Below, piece by piece: positions 53,035 through 64,000 of a DNA stretch of 64,000 nt. Position numbers and translations under genes: made by a program. The stretch is from Octopus sinensis. Its lineage: Eukaryota. A model generated the notes under the pieces. The model was not told the origin of the DNA, did not search any database, and saw nothing but the letters and a program-made list of their open reading frames with translations. The stretch spans positions 39,742,001-39,806,000 of the forward strand of contig NC_043014.1 of NCBI RefSeq assembly GCF_006345805.1. Reading direction: 5' to 3'. Each line of letters opens with the position of its first letter. Positions within the stretch are counted from its first letter, which is position 1.

Positions 53035-53605
53035 AAGGCGGCGAGCTGGCAGAAACATTAGCACGCCGGGCGAAATGCGTAGCCGTATTTCGTCTGCCGT
53101 TACGTTCTGAGTTCAAATTCCGCCGCGGTCGACTTTGCCTTTCATCCTTTCAGGGTCGATAAATTAAGTACCAGTTACACACTGGGGTTGATATAATTGA
53201 CTTAATCCATTTGTCTCCTCTGTGTTTAGCCCCTTGTGGGTAGTAAAGAAATAGGTATTTCATCTACCGCTACATTCTGAGTTCAAATTCCGCCGAGGTC
53301 GACTTTGCCTTTCATCCTTTCAGGGTCGATAAATTAAGTACCAGTTACGCACTGGGGTTGATATAATCGACTTAATCCATTTGTCTGTCCTTGTTTGTCC
53401 CCTTGTGGGTAGTAAAGAACTAGGTATTTCATCTACCGCTACATTCTGAGTTCAAATTCCGCCGAGGTCGACTTTGCCTTTCATCCTTTCGGGGTCGATA
53501 AATTAAGTACCAATTAGGCACTGGGGTTGATGTAATCAACTTAATCCTTTTGTCTGTCCTTGTTTGTCCCCTCTGTGTTTAGCCCCTTGTGGGTAGTAAA
53601 GTAAT
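53035..53605 (+). mobile_element. SINE family B with tandemly reiterated body
   Basis: Head GGCGGCGAGCTGGCAGAA followed by three successive bodies containing GTCGACTTTGCCTTTCATCCTTTC(A/G)GGGTCGATAAATTAAGTACCA. Other copies approx.: 555-770, 9340-9725-, 21340-21530, 31255-31470-, 39470-39640, 42595-42830, 52670-53000-, 58950-59430. Confidence 0.88.
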
Positions 53606-54559
53606 AGATATCAGACCTTTTAATGTTTTCCTTATTTTAAGATTTTTCTCTTTCTCTCCCTCTCTTTTTCTCCATTACCTCCTCTCTCTCTCTCTCTCTG
53701 TTTATCTATGTGAGCATTTAGTTATGTTTGTATGTGTGTTTAATGTCTCTCTTTCTCCTCCCCTCTCTCTCTGTCTCTCTCATTTTATCTATGTGTATAT
53801 TTCTGCACGTGCATGCATGTGTGTGTGTGTGGTGTGTTTGCCTCAAGTGCCAAAAACTACTGTCTCTAAAACCCCAAAACAGGTTGACTGTCCAGTCAGT
53901 CATGCCAAATTATTAACATCAGGAACATGCATACATAATCTGACTTCCTGCTATAAATTCACTCTTCATGCTATCAATTTAGCCCCTATTCTAAACATCA
54001 TAGGCGCAGGAGTGGCTGTGTGGTAAGTAGCTTGCTTACCAACCACATGGTTCCGGGTTCAGACCCACTGCATGGCACCTTGGGCAAGTGTCTTCTACTA
54101 GAGCCTCGGGCCGACCAAAGCCTTGTGAGTGGATTTGGTAGGCGGAAACTGAAAGAAGCCCGTCGTATATATGTATATTTATGTATGTGTGGGTGTGTTT
54201 TTGTTCCCCCAAGATTGCTTGACAACCGATGGTGGTGTCTTTATGTCCCTGTAACTTAGTGGGTCGGCAAAAGAGACCGATAGAATAAGTACTAGGCTTA
54301 CAAAGAATAAGTCCTGGGGTCAATTTGCTCGACTAAAGACGGTGCTCCAGCATGGCCACAGTCAAATGACTGAAACAAGTAAAAGAGTATCATTATACTC
54401 TTTCTCTCTGTTCTTCTTTCTTATCATCCTTCCTTATTTATTTCATCAGTGTATTAGTGTATCTTCTTTCTTGATTTCAGCGTATCTCCGTCTTTGATTG
54501 TAAGGCACTAGTTCCTCTACATTGGTTATTGCCTCTTCCTGTATTTGATTAGCTCAAAT

Positions 54560-55250
54560 CATTATCATCATCATTGTTTAACATCCGTTTTCCATGCTAG
54601 CATGGGTTGGATGGTTTGACCGGGGTCTGGGAAGCCAGGAGGCTGCACCAGGCTCCAGTCTGATCTGGCAGTGTTTCTACATCTTGATGCCCTTCCTAAC
54701 ACCAACCACTCCGTGAATGTAGTGGGTGCTTTTTATGTGCCACCGGCACAGGTGCCAGGGGAGGCTGCAACAGCCACAATCGGTTGGTGCTTTTTACATG
54801 CCGCCGGCACGGAAGCCAGTCAAGGCGGTGCTGGCATCGGCCACATTCGGATGGTGCTTTTTATGTGCCACCGGCGGCTGCAACGGCCACGATCGGTTGG
54901 TGCTTTTTACGTGCCACCAGCATGAAAGCCAGTCAAGGCAGTGCTGGTATTGGCCACGTTCGGATGGTGCTTTTTACGTGCCACCAGCACAGGTATCACA
55001 ACTACAATTTCCATTTGATTTTTTGATGTTGATGTACTCGACTCAATAGGTCTCCTCAAGCACAGCAGGTCACCCTACGATCTAAGATAAGCACAGCAGG
55101 CCGTCCTGCAATCCAAGGCACTTTGGATGGGCTGGGGCTGCTATGTGAAGCTGGTGCAGGAAACAGCCACGAATTCACGTTATTTGTCGGGTCTTCGCAG
55201 TCACAGCATATCTCCAGAGGTCTCGGTCTTTCGTCATTGCCTCTGTGAAC
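54560..55250 (-). mobile_element. RTE-like LINE 3' end: ORF terminus + long modular 3'UTR + (GAT)n tail
   Basis: Minus strand TEAMTKDRDLWRYAVTAKTRQ continues into the abundant GGTTGGCGTTAGGAAGGGCATC...AAACGATGATG repeat. Confidence 0.8.
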
Positions 55251-55522
55251 ACAAATATTTTAGTATTTTACTGCTTTCATTTAATCACTCAAACATTTCT
55301 CCAAACCTTCATGTTCTCGATGAATGTGTCTACGAACATGTTTCACTAGTTTAAAATGTTGTTCCTTCAATTAGGTCAAACCATGGAATTCCATCACCTT
55401 CGCTGGTAAAGCATTTCCTGTTATTTGAAATCTAAAATGATTCATGTTTATTTAGTAAATGTTTCATTGTTCTTCTGTTTTATTTTTCTAAATGAAGGTT
55501 TTTGTTTCTTCTGTTTTTTTAG

Positions 55523-55652
55523 CAACAGCTTCATGCCTATGAAGCCTGGGTAAATGCTCAGCTCCGTAAACGGCCATCAGCTCGCCAGATTGAAGATCTC
55601 AGGAACGATGTTAAAGATGGTGTTGCTCTCATCAACCTTATTGAAGTGGTTG
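55523..55652 (+). CDS. DIXDC1: Dixin/DIXDC1-like exon, first part of CH domain (QQLHAYEAWVNAQLRKRPSARQIEDLRNDVKDGVALINLIEVV-G)
   Basis: Polypyrimidine tract + AG at 55521-22, GTAAGT donor at 55653; 130 nt open frame. Translation matches the remembered DIXDC1 CH start (QQLQAYVAWVNAQLKKRP...DLRDGV.L..LIEIV). Confidence 0.93.
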
Positions 55653-56622
55653 GTAAGTGAGATCAGACTATATTTTGTAAAACTGTATTATCTTGTTATA
55701 GTTGTTATTTAATCTTTAATCTTTAATGTGCCCTTTTAAAGCCTAGCTAGGCTCATGGGCCTGGTTTCCCAGTTTCTATGGCGTATGTGTTCCCCAGCTG
55801 GACGGGACGCCAGTCCATCGCAGCGTTACTCATTTTTGCCAGCTGAGTGAACTGGAGCAACATGAAATGAAGTGTTTTGCTCAAGAACACAACACGTCAT
55901 CCAGTCCAGGAATCGAAACCACAATCTTACGATCATAATGCTGACACCCTAACCACTAAGTCACGCACTTCACATAATAAATGCACCCTTTTAAAGCCTA
56001 GTCAGGCTCATGGGCCTGGTTCCCCGGTTTTTATGCCATATATGCTCCCCAGCTGGACGAGACGCCAGTCCATCGCAGCGTTACTCATTTTTGCCAGCTG
56101 AGTGGACTTGAGCAATGTGAAATGAAGTGTTTTGCTCAAGAACACAACACGTCACCTGGTCCAGGAATCGAAACCACAATCTTACGATCATGGTGCTGAC
56201 ACCCTAACCACTAAGCCACGTGCCTCCACATAGTTGTTATTTATGTATCTCAAAACTATATATGCAGTTTCCTTTCTAAGTATTAATCTTGATGATATTC
56301 AAAGGTATTATATAAGTCAGTGCTGTAAAAAACCCAAATCATAAAAGTTAAATAGATGAGTTGATTGAGTTTATATTAGGAGTATTAGTGAATATCTCTT
56401 ATCTGTTATTTTGAATTTTTTTAGGATTCTTGTAAAATTATTTAAATTTTGTTATCATTATTTAGGCGTAGGACTAGCTGTGTGGTAAGTAGCTTGTTTA
56501 CGAACCACATGGTTCATTCCCAGTGCATGGCACCTTGGGCAAGTGTCTTCTACTATAGCCTCGGGCCGACCAAAGCCTTGTGAGTGGATTTGGTAGAAGG
56601 AAACTGAAAGAAGCCTGTCGAA

Positions 56623-56693
<71 letters not shown>

Positions 56694-57364
56694 GCGTGTG
56701 TGTGTCTGTGATTGTCCCCCCAACATTGCTTGACAACCGATGCTGGTGTGTTTATGTTCCCGTAACTTAGTAGTTCGGCAAAAGAGACCGATAGAATAAG
56801 TACTAGGCTTACAAAGATTAAGTCCTGGGGTCGATTTGCTCGACTAAAGGCGGTGCTTCAGCATGGCCACAGTCAAATGACTGAAACAAGTAAAAGAGAA
56901 AAAGAGAAAAGAGAATTATTTTCAATTAAGAATTTCAGCTAAGAACGAATTATTTTCTAATTAGATTGCTTCTGTTATTTGCTCATTCTGCAACTATCAC
57001 CATTATTATAGTTCAAGGCTTTGTTACTGTTGACTGAAGAATAATAGTCACTATCAGTATTTCCTTACTGAACCAAGTTGGATAGGTCAGCGTGGAATAA
57101 AATGATTAAGTGCACTGGCGATTTGGCATGGCTGACTGGACATTGAACCTGTTTTGGCAATAGTACATTTTGATGCTGGAAGCAAACAGACATGCACATA
57201 CACAGACACACACACGCACACGTGTGCATGTGTAACATGCACAGGAATATAGACTCACAGATAGGCGTAGAAGTGGCTGTGTGGTAAGTAGCTTGCTTAC
57301 CAACCACATGGTTCCAGGTTCAGTCCCACTGCGTGGCACCTTGAGTAAGTGTCTTCTACTATAG

Positions 57365-57583
57365 CAGTGGTTTTCAACCAGGGTTCTGCGGAACCATAGG
57401 GTTCCGCCAGTACAGTCCAGGGGTTCCGCAAGAAGTTACAAAACTGCTAAAATCGGCAGTAATTTTTAATTCTCCTGTGCAGATATGTGTGCATAAGACT
57501 ATTAAATTATTGCACAGGGGTTCCTCGAGCCAGTGGAATGTTTCCTTGGGGTTCCGCTCCAGCAAAAAGTTTGAAAAGCACTG
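57365..57583. mobile_element. hAT-type MITE nested in a family A SINE
   Basis: TIR CAGTGGTTTTCAA / TTGAAAAGCACTG; 8-bp TSD TACTATAG at 57357-64 and 57584-91. Confidence 0.92.
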
Positions 57584-58671
57584 TACTATAGCCTCAGGCC
57601 GACCAAAGCCTTGTGAGTGGATCAGGTAGACGGAAACTGAAAGAAATGTGTGTGTGTATATGTTTGTGTGTCTGTGTTTGTCCCTCCAACATCACTTGAC
57701 AACTGATGCCGGTGTGTTTATGTCCCTGTAACTTAGCGGTTCGGCAAAAGAGACGGATAGAATAAGTACTAGGCTTACAAAGAATGTCCTGGGGTCGATT
57801 TGCTCGACTAAATGCAATGCTCCAGCATGGCCACGGTCAAATGACTGAAACAAGTCAAAGAGTAAAAGAGATAGACAGAGAAGGAGCAAGAGACATTACA
57901 ATTTATTAATTGGATATGATTGACTTCGACACTTTCCCCTCACCTCATACACATACAGAGAAATAAGACATGGGATGAAGTAGTGAAGCACGACCTTCGA
58001 ATGGTGGGCCTCACAAGTAGAAGGGCGACAGTGACTTTGAGTCTTAGCTTGTTCACCCTTGCCAGATTGTCTGATGAAGGTCAGAAAGCCAAAACTTCAA
58101 TGTCACTGTCTCTCCTCTTGCAAAAGTGTGAAGCAAGCCTAGTGCAGCCTTCTGCCTAGTGCAGCCCCTGTCAAACATTCCAATCTATGTGCATTAAATC
58201 AAGATGATGATGATGATGATGATACTGATGATGATGATGTATGCTACTAAAAAGGTTAAGTAATCCACCAGTTTGAGGTTAAATTGTTTTTATATATAAC
58301 TTGATGTAAGAATAAATGTTAATATACACGTGCACACTTATGCGCATGCACACACACACACACACACACACACACACCAGCCTGGTATTTATGGTCTCTC
58401 TATTTTTAATCTTTGAGGATCAAATGATTATAATTAAAGTCTCAATTTTGATATAATGATTTTCAGATTTTCAGTATGTCAATCTCTTTAAATTTTTCAA
58501 ATCTAGATGCATATTTGTTGTTAAATATTTCAAATTTCAAATATTCAATGTTTTTTTTTGTTTGTTTTTTTTTTTTTTGTGGTTTTTCCTTTTTTTTTTT
58601 CCTTTTTTTTCAAAGACTGAGCAATAATTCTAATTTTGAATTTCAATTTATATTTTAATGCAAAATTTTAG

Positions 58672-58797
58672 GTGGCGAAAAACTAAAGAATGTTCATATG
58701 GTTCCCGCTACCCATGCTGAGATGAAGGCAAATGTAGAGAGGGTTTTACAATTCATGTCTGCTAACCACATCCGAATGCATCCAATGAAAGCAAGTG
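58672..58797 (+). CDS. DIXDC1: Dixin/DIXDC1-like exon, CH domain middle (GGEKLKNVHMVPATHAEMKANVERVLQFMSANHIRMHPMKAS-D)
   Basis: AG at 58670-71, GT at 58798; 126 nt, phase 1 to phase 1, in frame with both neighbours; matches GEKL...EMKNNVEKVLQF...IRMH of DIXDC1. Confidence 0.92.
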
Positions 58798-59169
58798 GTA
58801 ATTATGACACCAGCATTTCCATTTTTTACATCTCATGACATTAATCAATTTTATTGATGTAATTCAACAAAAATCACTTCAAGATTTAAGAGACATATTC
58901 ACCATCTTCTACACGTCTTAACATTCATCATTAAAACTATTTTAGGCAACAAGCTGGCAGAATTGTAAGTTCACTGAACAAAATGCTCAGCAGCATTTCA
59001 TCTGCCTTTACATTCTGAGTTCAAATCCTGCCAAGGCTGACAGTGCCTTTTATTCTTTTGGGGTTGATAAACTAAGTACCAGTTGAGCACTAGGGTCAAT
59101 ATAATCAACTAGCTCCCTCACACAAAATTTCAGGCCTTGTGCCTGTAGTAGGTAGATTTATTATTATTA

Positions 59170-59210
<41 letters not shown>

Positions 59211-59841
59211 TAGGTGGTGCGTTGGTAGAATTGTTAGCAAACTGGACAAAATGCTGCTAAGCATTTTCTCTGTCTTTACATTCTGAGTTCAAATTCCACC
59301 AAGGTTGACTTTGTCTTTCATACTTTCAGTGTCAATGAAACAAGTTACCATCCAAGCACTGCGGTCATTGTAATCAACTACTTTCCCTCCCCTTAAAATT
59401 CAGTCCCTGTGTCTATAGTAGAAAGATCATCAATTATAATATCACCATTAACTAACAATCGCTGTTCACCCTTTTCTTCATAATGTTCATTAGATGAGTC
59501 GACATAGTCTGTATGAGCTCTCTGCATTGTCGGTGACACGTAAAAAGCACCAACCGATCGTGGCCATTTGCCAGCCTCCTCTGGCCCCTTGCCGGTGGCA
59601 CGTAAAAAGCACCCACTACACTCACCGAGTGGTTGGCGTTAGGAAGGGCATCCAGCTATAAAAACACTGCCAGATCAGACTGGAGCCTGGCACAGCCTCC
59701 TGGCTTCACAGACCCCAGTCGAACTGTCCAACCCATGCTAGCATGGAAAACGGATGTTAAATGATGATGATGATGATTTCCTTTTTATTCCATATTATTT
59801 TGCTATGTTGTTTTCTTCATATTTATTTTCTTTGTTTAAAG

Positions 59842-59984
59842 ATATTGTCGATGGTAACCTGAAATGTATTATGCGCCTTATTCTGGCATTAGCAGCCCAC
59901 TTTAAGCCTAATTCAGTAAAGCACCAATCTGTAGCTGGTGTTATCTCGCCAAACCGAGGGAGATCTTTAGCGAGTATAGCACAG
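59842..59984 (+). CDS. DIXDC1: Dixin/DIXDC1-like exon, CH domain end (DIVDGNLKCIMRLILALAAHFKPNSVKHQSVAGVISPNRGRSLASIAQ)
   Basis: AG at 59840-41, GTGAGT at 59985; 143 nt, ends phase 0; DIVDGNLK.IMRL.LALAAHFKP is characteristic of Dixin CH domains. Confidence 0.93.
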
Positions 59985-60296
59985 GTGAGTCTTTCTTTCC
60001 TTTACATATATTTTTCTGTTTTTCCATAAAAATGCACCATATAAGACAAAGCAATCTTTCTTACTGATGTTTGCACCTGTGTACAGCAGGTGATTAATGG
60101 TGATTAACAGCAAAATTTTCAGGTGTGTCTGTGTGGTTGAGGAGCTTGCTTCCCAACCATGTGGTTTTGGATTCAGTTCCACTGTGTGGTATCTTGGGCA
60201 AGTGTCTCTTCTACAATAGCCCTAGAATGACCAAAACCTTGTGAGAGGATTTGGTAGACAGAAACTGAAAGAAGCCTGTCATATATATATATATAT

Positions 60297-60610
60297 GTGC
60301 CGGTGGCATGTAAAAAGCACCAACCGATCGTGCCCGCTGCCAGACTCCCCTGGCACCTGTGCCGGTGGCACATAAAAAGCACCAACCGATCGTGGCCACT
60401 GCCAGACTCCCCTGGCACCTGTGCTGGTGGCATGTAAAAAGCACCCACTACACTCATGGAGTGGTTGGCGTTAGGAAGGGCATCCAGCTGTAGAAACACT
60501 GCCAGATCAGACTGGAGCCTGGTGCAGCCTCCTGACTTCCCAGACCCCGGTCGAACCGTCCAACCCATGCTAGCACGGAAAACGGACGTTAAACAATGAT
60601 GATGATGATA
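60297..60610 (+). mobile_element. RTE 3'UTR-derived (GAT)n-tailed repeat (representative)
   Basis: GGTGGCAYGTAAAAAGCACC modules then a conserved tail ending GGACGTTAAAC(A/G)ATGATG. Other copies approx.: 17215-17520-, 29519-29562-, 32630-33250, 34045-34355+, 36470-36765+, 45270-45570+, 47550-47855-, 49830-50310+, 59530-59780+, 61075-61430+. Confidence 0.88.
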
Positions 60611-61904
60611 TATATATATGTGTGCGTATGTGTGTGTGCATATGTATTTGTGGGTATACTTGTCTTAACATCACATGGTAGTTGTAAACTAGGATTGCCA
60701 TCATAGAAGTGATGTTGTTTGTATCACCAACCCTCACCTGTTTCTCGGCAAGGTATTGGTTTGTCCAGAAAGTTCATGCCGATTTATAGTAGCTTACCTT
60801 TTGACTTATTTTAGAACATGGTTGAGTCCATAAAATAGGATTTGACTACAGCTCCATTTCGAGCACAGTTTAAGCTCTCTTTTCATGGAAGAAGGTTTAT
60901 GTTCCTATACCATTTTCAAAATTAATTAAAATAAAGACAGTGAATTTCAACAGAAGTAATGTAACAAAAGGATTAAAATGTTCTAAATGAAATTCTGTCA
61001 TGAAAATTTCACATTGATTTATGTTCGAAACATCAACTTAATTATGACAAAATTATTTAAATAAATACTTCGTCATTTCCAAAGAGCACCAACTGAGCGT
61101 GATCATTGCCAGTGCGGCTAACTGGCTTCTATGCCGGTGGCATGTAAAAGGGCAGCATTCGAGCGTGATCGTTACCAGCGTCACCTTACTGCCACTTGTG
61201 CCCGTGCTAGTAGGGTGCTAAGAGCACCAACCGAGCGTGATCATTGCCAGAGCAGCTAACTGGCTTCCATGCCGGTGGCACGTAAAAGGACAGCATTCGA
61301 GTGTGATCGTTACCAGCGTCGCCTTACTGGCACCTTTGCCGGTGGCATGTGTAAAAAGATTCGAGCGAGGTCATTGCCAGTACCGCCTGACTGGCCCCCA
61401 TGCCGGTGGCATGTAAAAAGCACCCACTACATATTCTTTGGAACCAATGACATCGCAACTTGTCTCTACAGATGAGTGAACTGGAGCATCATGAAATGAG
61501 ATGTCTTACTCAAGGACACAACACATAGCCCAGTCCAGGAATTGAACTCACTATCTCATGATTGTGAGCCTGATGCTCTAACCACTGAGCCATGTGCCTT
61601 CACTATTATTACTTGTGTTTACACGACTGTACTGTGAAGCTGCATACTTTTTTTTACAGATTTAACATGGGACCAGTAAACAGAAAAAAAATATGGTGTC
61701 TGACCCTAAATAGTGATGCAGAGGAATATATTTTTTTCCGGGAAAATGAAGAGAGATCAAGAAAATATGTGATAGTTGAAGCTTTGCTACTGGAGGCCAT
61801 GAATTTGTTATCAATGACTCTATAATACCTATCGGTTGCAGAAACCCATGACATAGTGAGGAGTCTGCGATATAAGTTTACAAATATTTGCTAGAAAAAT
61901 CCAG

Positions 61905-61992
61905 GATGTACTGAGTATGCGATAGGTGAACCGAGATGCACTGAATGCGCAATAGGTGAACCATGATCCACTGAGCATGCAATAGGTGAACT
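61905..61992 (+). repeat. 3 x 30-bp diverged tandem repeat
   Basis: GAT(G/C)(T/C)ACTGA....GC(G/A)ATAGGTGAAC at 61905, 61935, 61965. Confidence 0.85.
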
Positions 61993-62519
61993 GCAATTTT
62001 CAAAGTGTGTGGAGATGATTAATTTATCAGTTTTTTTTCCTGATGATAAATGAGGAAAGATACTCTTTTACTCTTTTACTTGTTTCAGTCATTTGACTGC
62101 GGCCATGCTGGAGCACCGCCTTTAATCGAGCAACTCGACCCCAGGACTTATTCTTTTGTAAGCCCAGTACTTATCCTATCGGTCTCTTTTGCCGAACCCC
62201 TAAGTAACGGGGACATAAACACACCAGCATTGGTTGTCAAGCAATGCTAGGGAGACAAACACAGACACACAAACACACACATACATATATACATACATAT
62301 ATACGACAGGCTTCTTTCAGTTTCCATCTACCAAATCCACTCACAAGGCATTGGTCGGCCCGGGGCTATAGCAGAAGACACTTGCCCAAGATGCCACGCA
62401 GTGGGACTGAACCCGGAACCATGTGGTTGGTTAGCAAGCTACTTACCACACAGCCACTCCTGCGCCTATATGAATTATATTTAAATAATTTATTGTATTT
62501 TTGCTTACATTTATTATAG

Positions 62520-62605
62520 AGTGCTGCTGTCACTTTAGCAACTGCACGCAGATTTGTGTCAAAAGCTAGCAAACAATACCATGGAAGCAACTATAAGGAT
62601 TATGG
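62520..62605 (+). CDS. DIXDC1: Dixin-like exon (SAAVTLATARRFVSKASKQYHGSNYKDY-G)
   Basis: AG at 62518-19, GTAAG at 62606; 86 nt phase 0 to phase 2, open in the frame required by the upstream exon; loosely resembles the post-CH AAAALA segment of DIXDC1. Confidence 0.8.
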
Positions 62606-62885
62606 GTAAGAATTTTCAGTTGTAAAATCTCATTCTATACAGATTCAGTCTTTTTTAATCTTAGGTTGAAATTCTCTTGTTAATTGTCTAAATGACTGAG
62701 TTAAATTGGTGTTAATATAATTGCATTTTTTTGCGGGGACTATTAACATTATTTTTAGAGATGAAATATTTTTCATAGAGGTGAATATCGAAAAGGAGAT
62801 CTTTGATTTCTGAACATAAAATTAATTGAACTGAAAAATTATAATTTTAAATTATCACCCCTTTTTTTATTATTTCTTTATCAAG

Positions 62886-63040
62886 ACATGCAGCCCACAT
62901 ACCACCTGATGTAGCTGCAATGCAAGCCAGAATGATGATGATAAAATCCTGCCCTGGGCCCAAACATCTGACTGCCACAGGAGAACAGGATTATGATATA
63001 GATGGAATGCCACGGAGTCGATCAACTGGATTCATACCAG
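62886..63040 (+). CDS. DIXDC1: Dixin-like linker exon (G-HAAHIPPDVAAMQARMMMIKSCPGPKHLTATGEQDYDIDGMPRSRSTGFIP-G); gene continues beyond window
   Basis: Pyrimidine tract + AG at 62884-85, GT at 63041; 155 nt, open only when entered in phase 2 as the previous exon requires. No recognisable domain. Confidence 0.7.
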
Positions 63041-63057
63041 GTAATAACACCTTTTAA

Positions 63058-63628
63058 CCCTTTAGCATTCAGGTTACTCTGTCAAATGCAATTCTTATTT
63101 ATTCACATTGTTTTGAATTAATCATGCATTATCTTGGAGCTTTATGAAGGCGCATGGCTCAGTGGTTAGAGCGTTGAGCTTATGATCGTGAGGTTGTGAG
63201 TTTGAATCCCGGACCAGGCTGCATGTTGTGTTCTTGAGCAAGACACTTTATTTCATGTTGCTCCAGTTCATTCAGCTGTAGAAATGAGTTGCGACATCAC
63301 AGGTGCCAAGCTGTATTGGCCTTTGCCTTTCCCTTGGATAACACTGGTGGCATGGAGAGGGGTGGCCGGTATGCATGGGCGACTGCTGGTCTTCCATAAA
63401 CAACCTTGCCCGGACTTGTGCCTGGGAGGGTAACTTTCTAGGTGCAATCCCACGGTCAGTCATGACTGAAGGGGATTCTCAATCTTGGAGCTTTGAGATT
63501 TCAATGTAGTGATTGTTTACTTTTAGAATGACATTGTAGGGTAGGTGTGAAAAGCCAGATCTGATCTGTTTTAACATAAAACAAGTAGAGTATTTGGGCT
63601 GGATATGGCAGGTTTAAATGCTAAAGGG
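63058..63628. mobile_element. piggyBac-type MITE interrupted by a family C SINE
   Basis: TTAA|CCCTTTAGCATT ... AATGCTAAAGGG|TTGA; removing 63144-63494 restores a body like 9869-10077. Confidence 0.85.
63144..63481 (+). mobile_element. SINE family C, full length, with 13-bp TSD
   Basis: tRNA-like head GGCGCATGGCTCAGTGGTTAGAGCG...GTTTGAATCCC; ATCTTGGAGCTTT at 63131-43 and 63482-94. Relatives approx.: 18860-19070+, 30880-31230-, 43125-43470+, 55735-56230- (two tandem variants), 61430-61600-. Confidence 0.92.
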
Positions 63629-64000
63629 TTGATTAACTTTATGAAAATTATTTGAGAGTATACTGTGGCCATCAGGGATATGGCTGTATTAACTAAGCAG
63701 AAGAGTATTAAGATGAAATTTCATACAGTGTACATAGAATGACATATGGGAGCACAAAAGCATAATAATGGGATCACAGGTAGGCTGGCAGGGAATAAAG
63801 ACTTGGGTTGTGGAAGATATACAGGAGTAGTTAACACTCAGAGCACCAGTAAATTACATTTTTTACCTGTGCTTCGAAGGCTCCATAGAAGAAATTGATA
63901 GTTTCGGTTAGCTAGGTGTAGGCTGTGTGGTTAAGAAGTTTGCTTCCCAACCACACAGTTCTGAGTTCAATCCCACTGCAGCACCTTGGGCAAGAGTCTT

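Noticed and set aside
55523-59984. Assignment of the CH exons to neuron navigator, parvin or spectrin-family genes
   Set aside because: The QQL.AY.AWVNAQL.KRP start and DIVDGNLK.IMRL.LALAAHFKP end fit Dixin better; the DIX domain itself is outside the window, so final proof needs downstream sequence.

Overview
AT-rich, microsatellite- and retroposon-saturated animal genomic DNA; the SINE and LINE-tail families point to a coleoid cephalopod, most likely Octopus (inference from repeat content). One protein-coding gene can be reconstructed on the + strand: a Dixin/DIXDC1-like gene. Five in-phase exons (55523-55652, 58672-58797, 59842-59984, 62520-62605, 62886-63040) encode its N-terminal calponin-homology domain and downstream linker, and it continues past the window end. 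Two candidate alternative first coding exons (13857-13940, 23797-23877) lie 42 and 32 kb upstream. Most of the rest is intron filled with three tRNA-derived SINE families, 5'-truncated RTE and CR1 LINE fragments, a deleted Gypsy LTR element, hAT-, piggyBac- and Helentron-type MITEs, Penelope-like ends with hammerhead-like motifs, and simple repeats. Nearly all ORF-track entries are microsatellite or SINE artefacts. The most unusual items are a twice-repeated head-to-head fusion of two tRNA-Ser isoacceptors, an 8x116-bp tandem array of a SINE promoter head, a chimeric insert carrying a G-quadruplex minisatellite, and inverted repeats flanking the 399-nt phase-0 CH-domain exon block. Repeat boundaries without a TSD are approximate.
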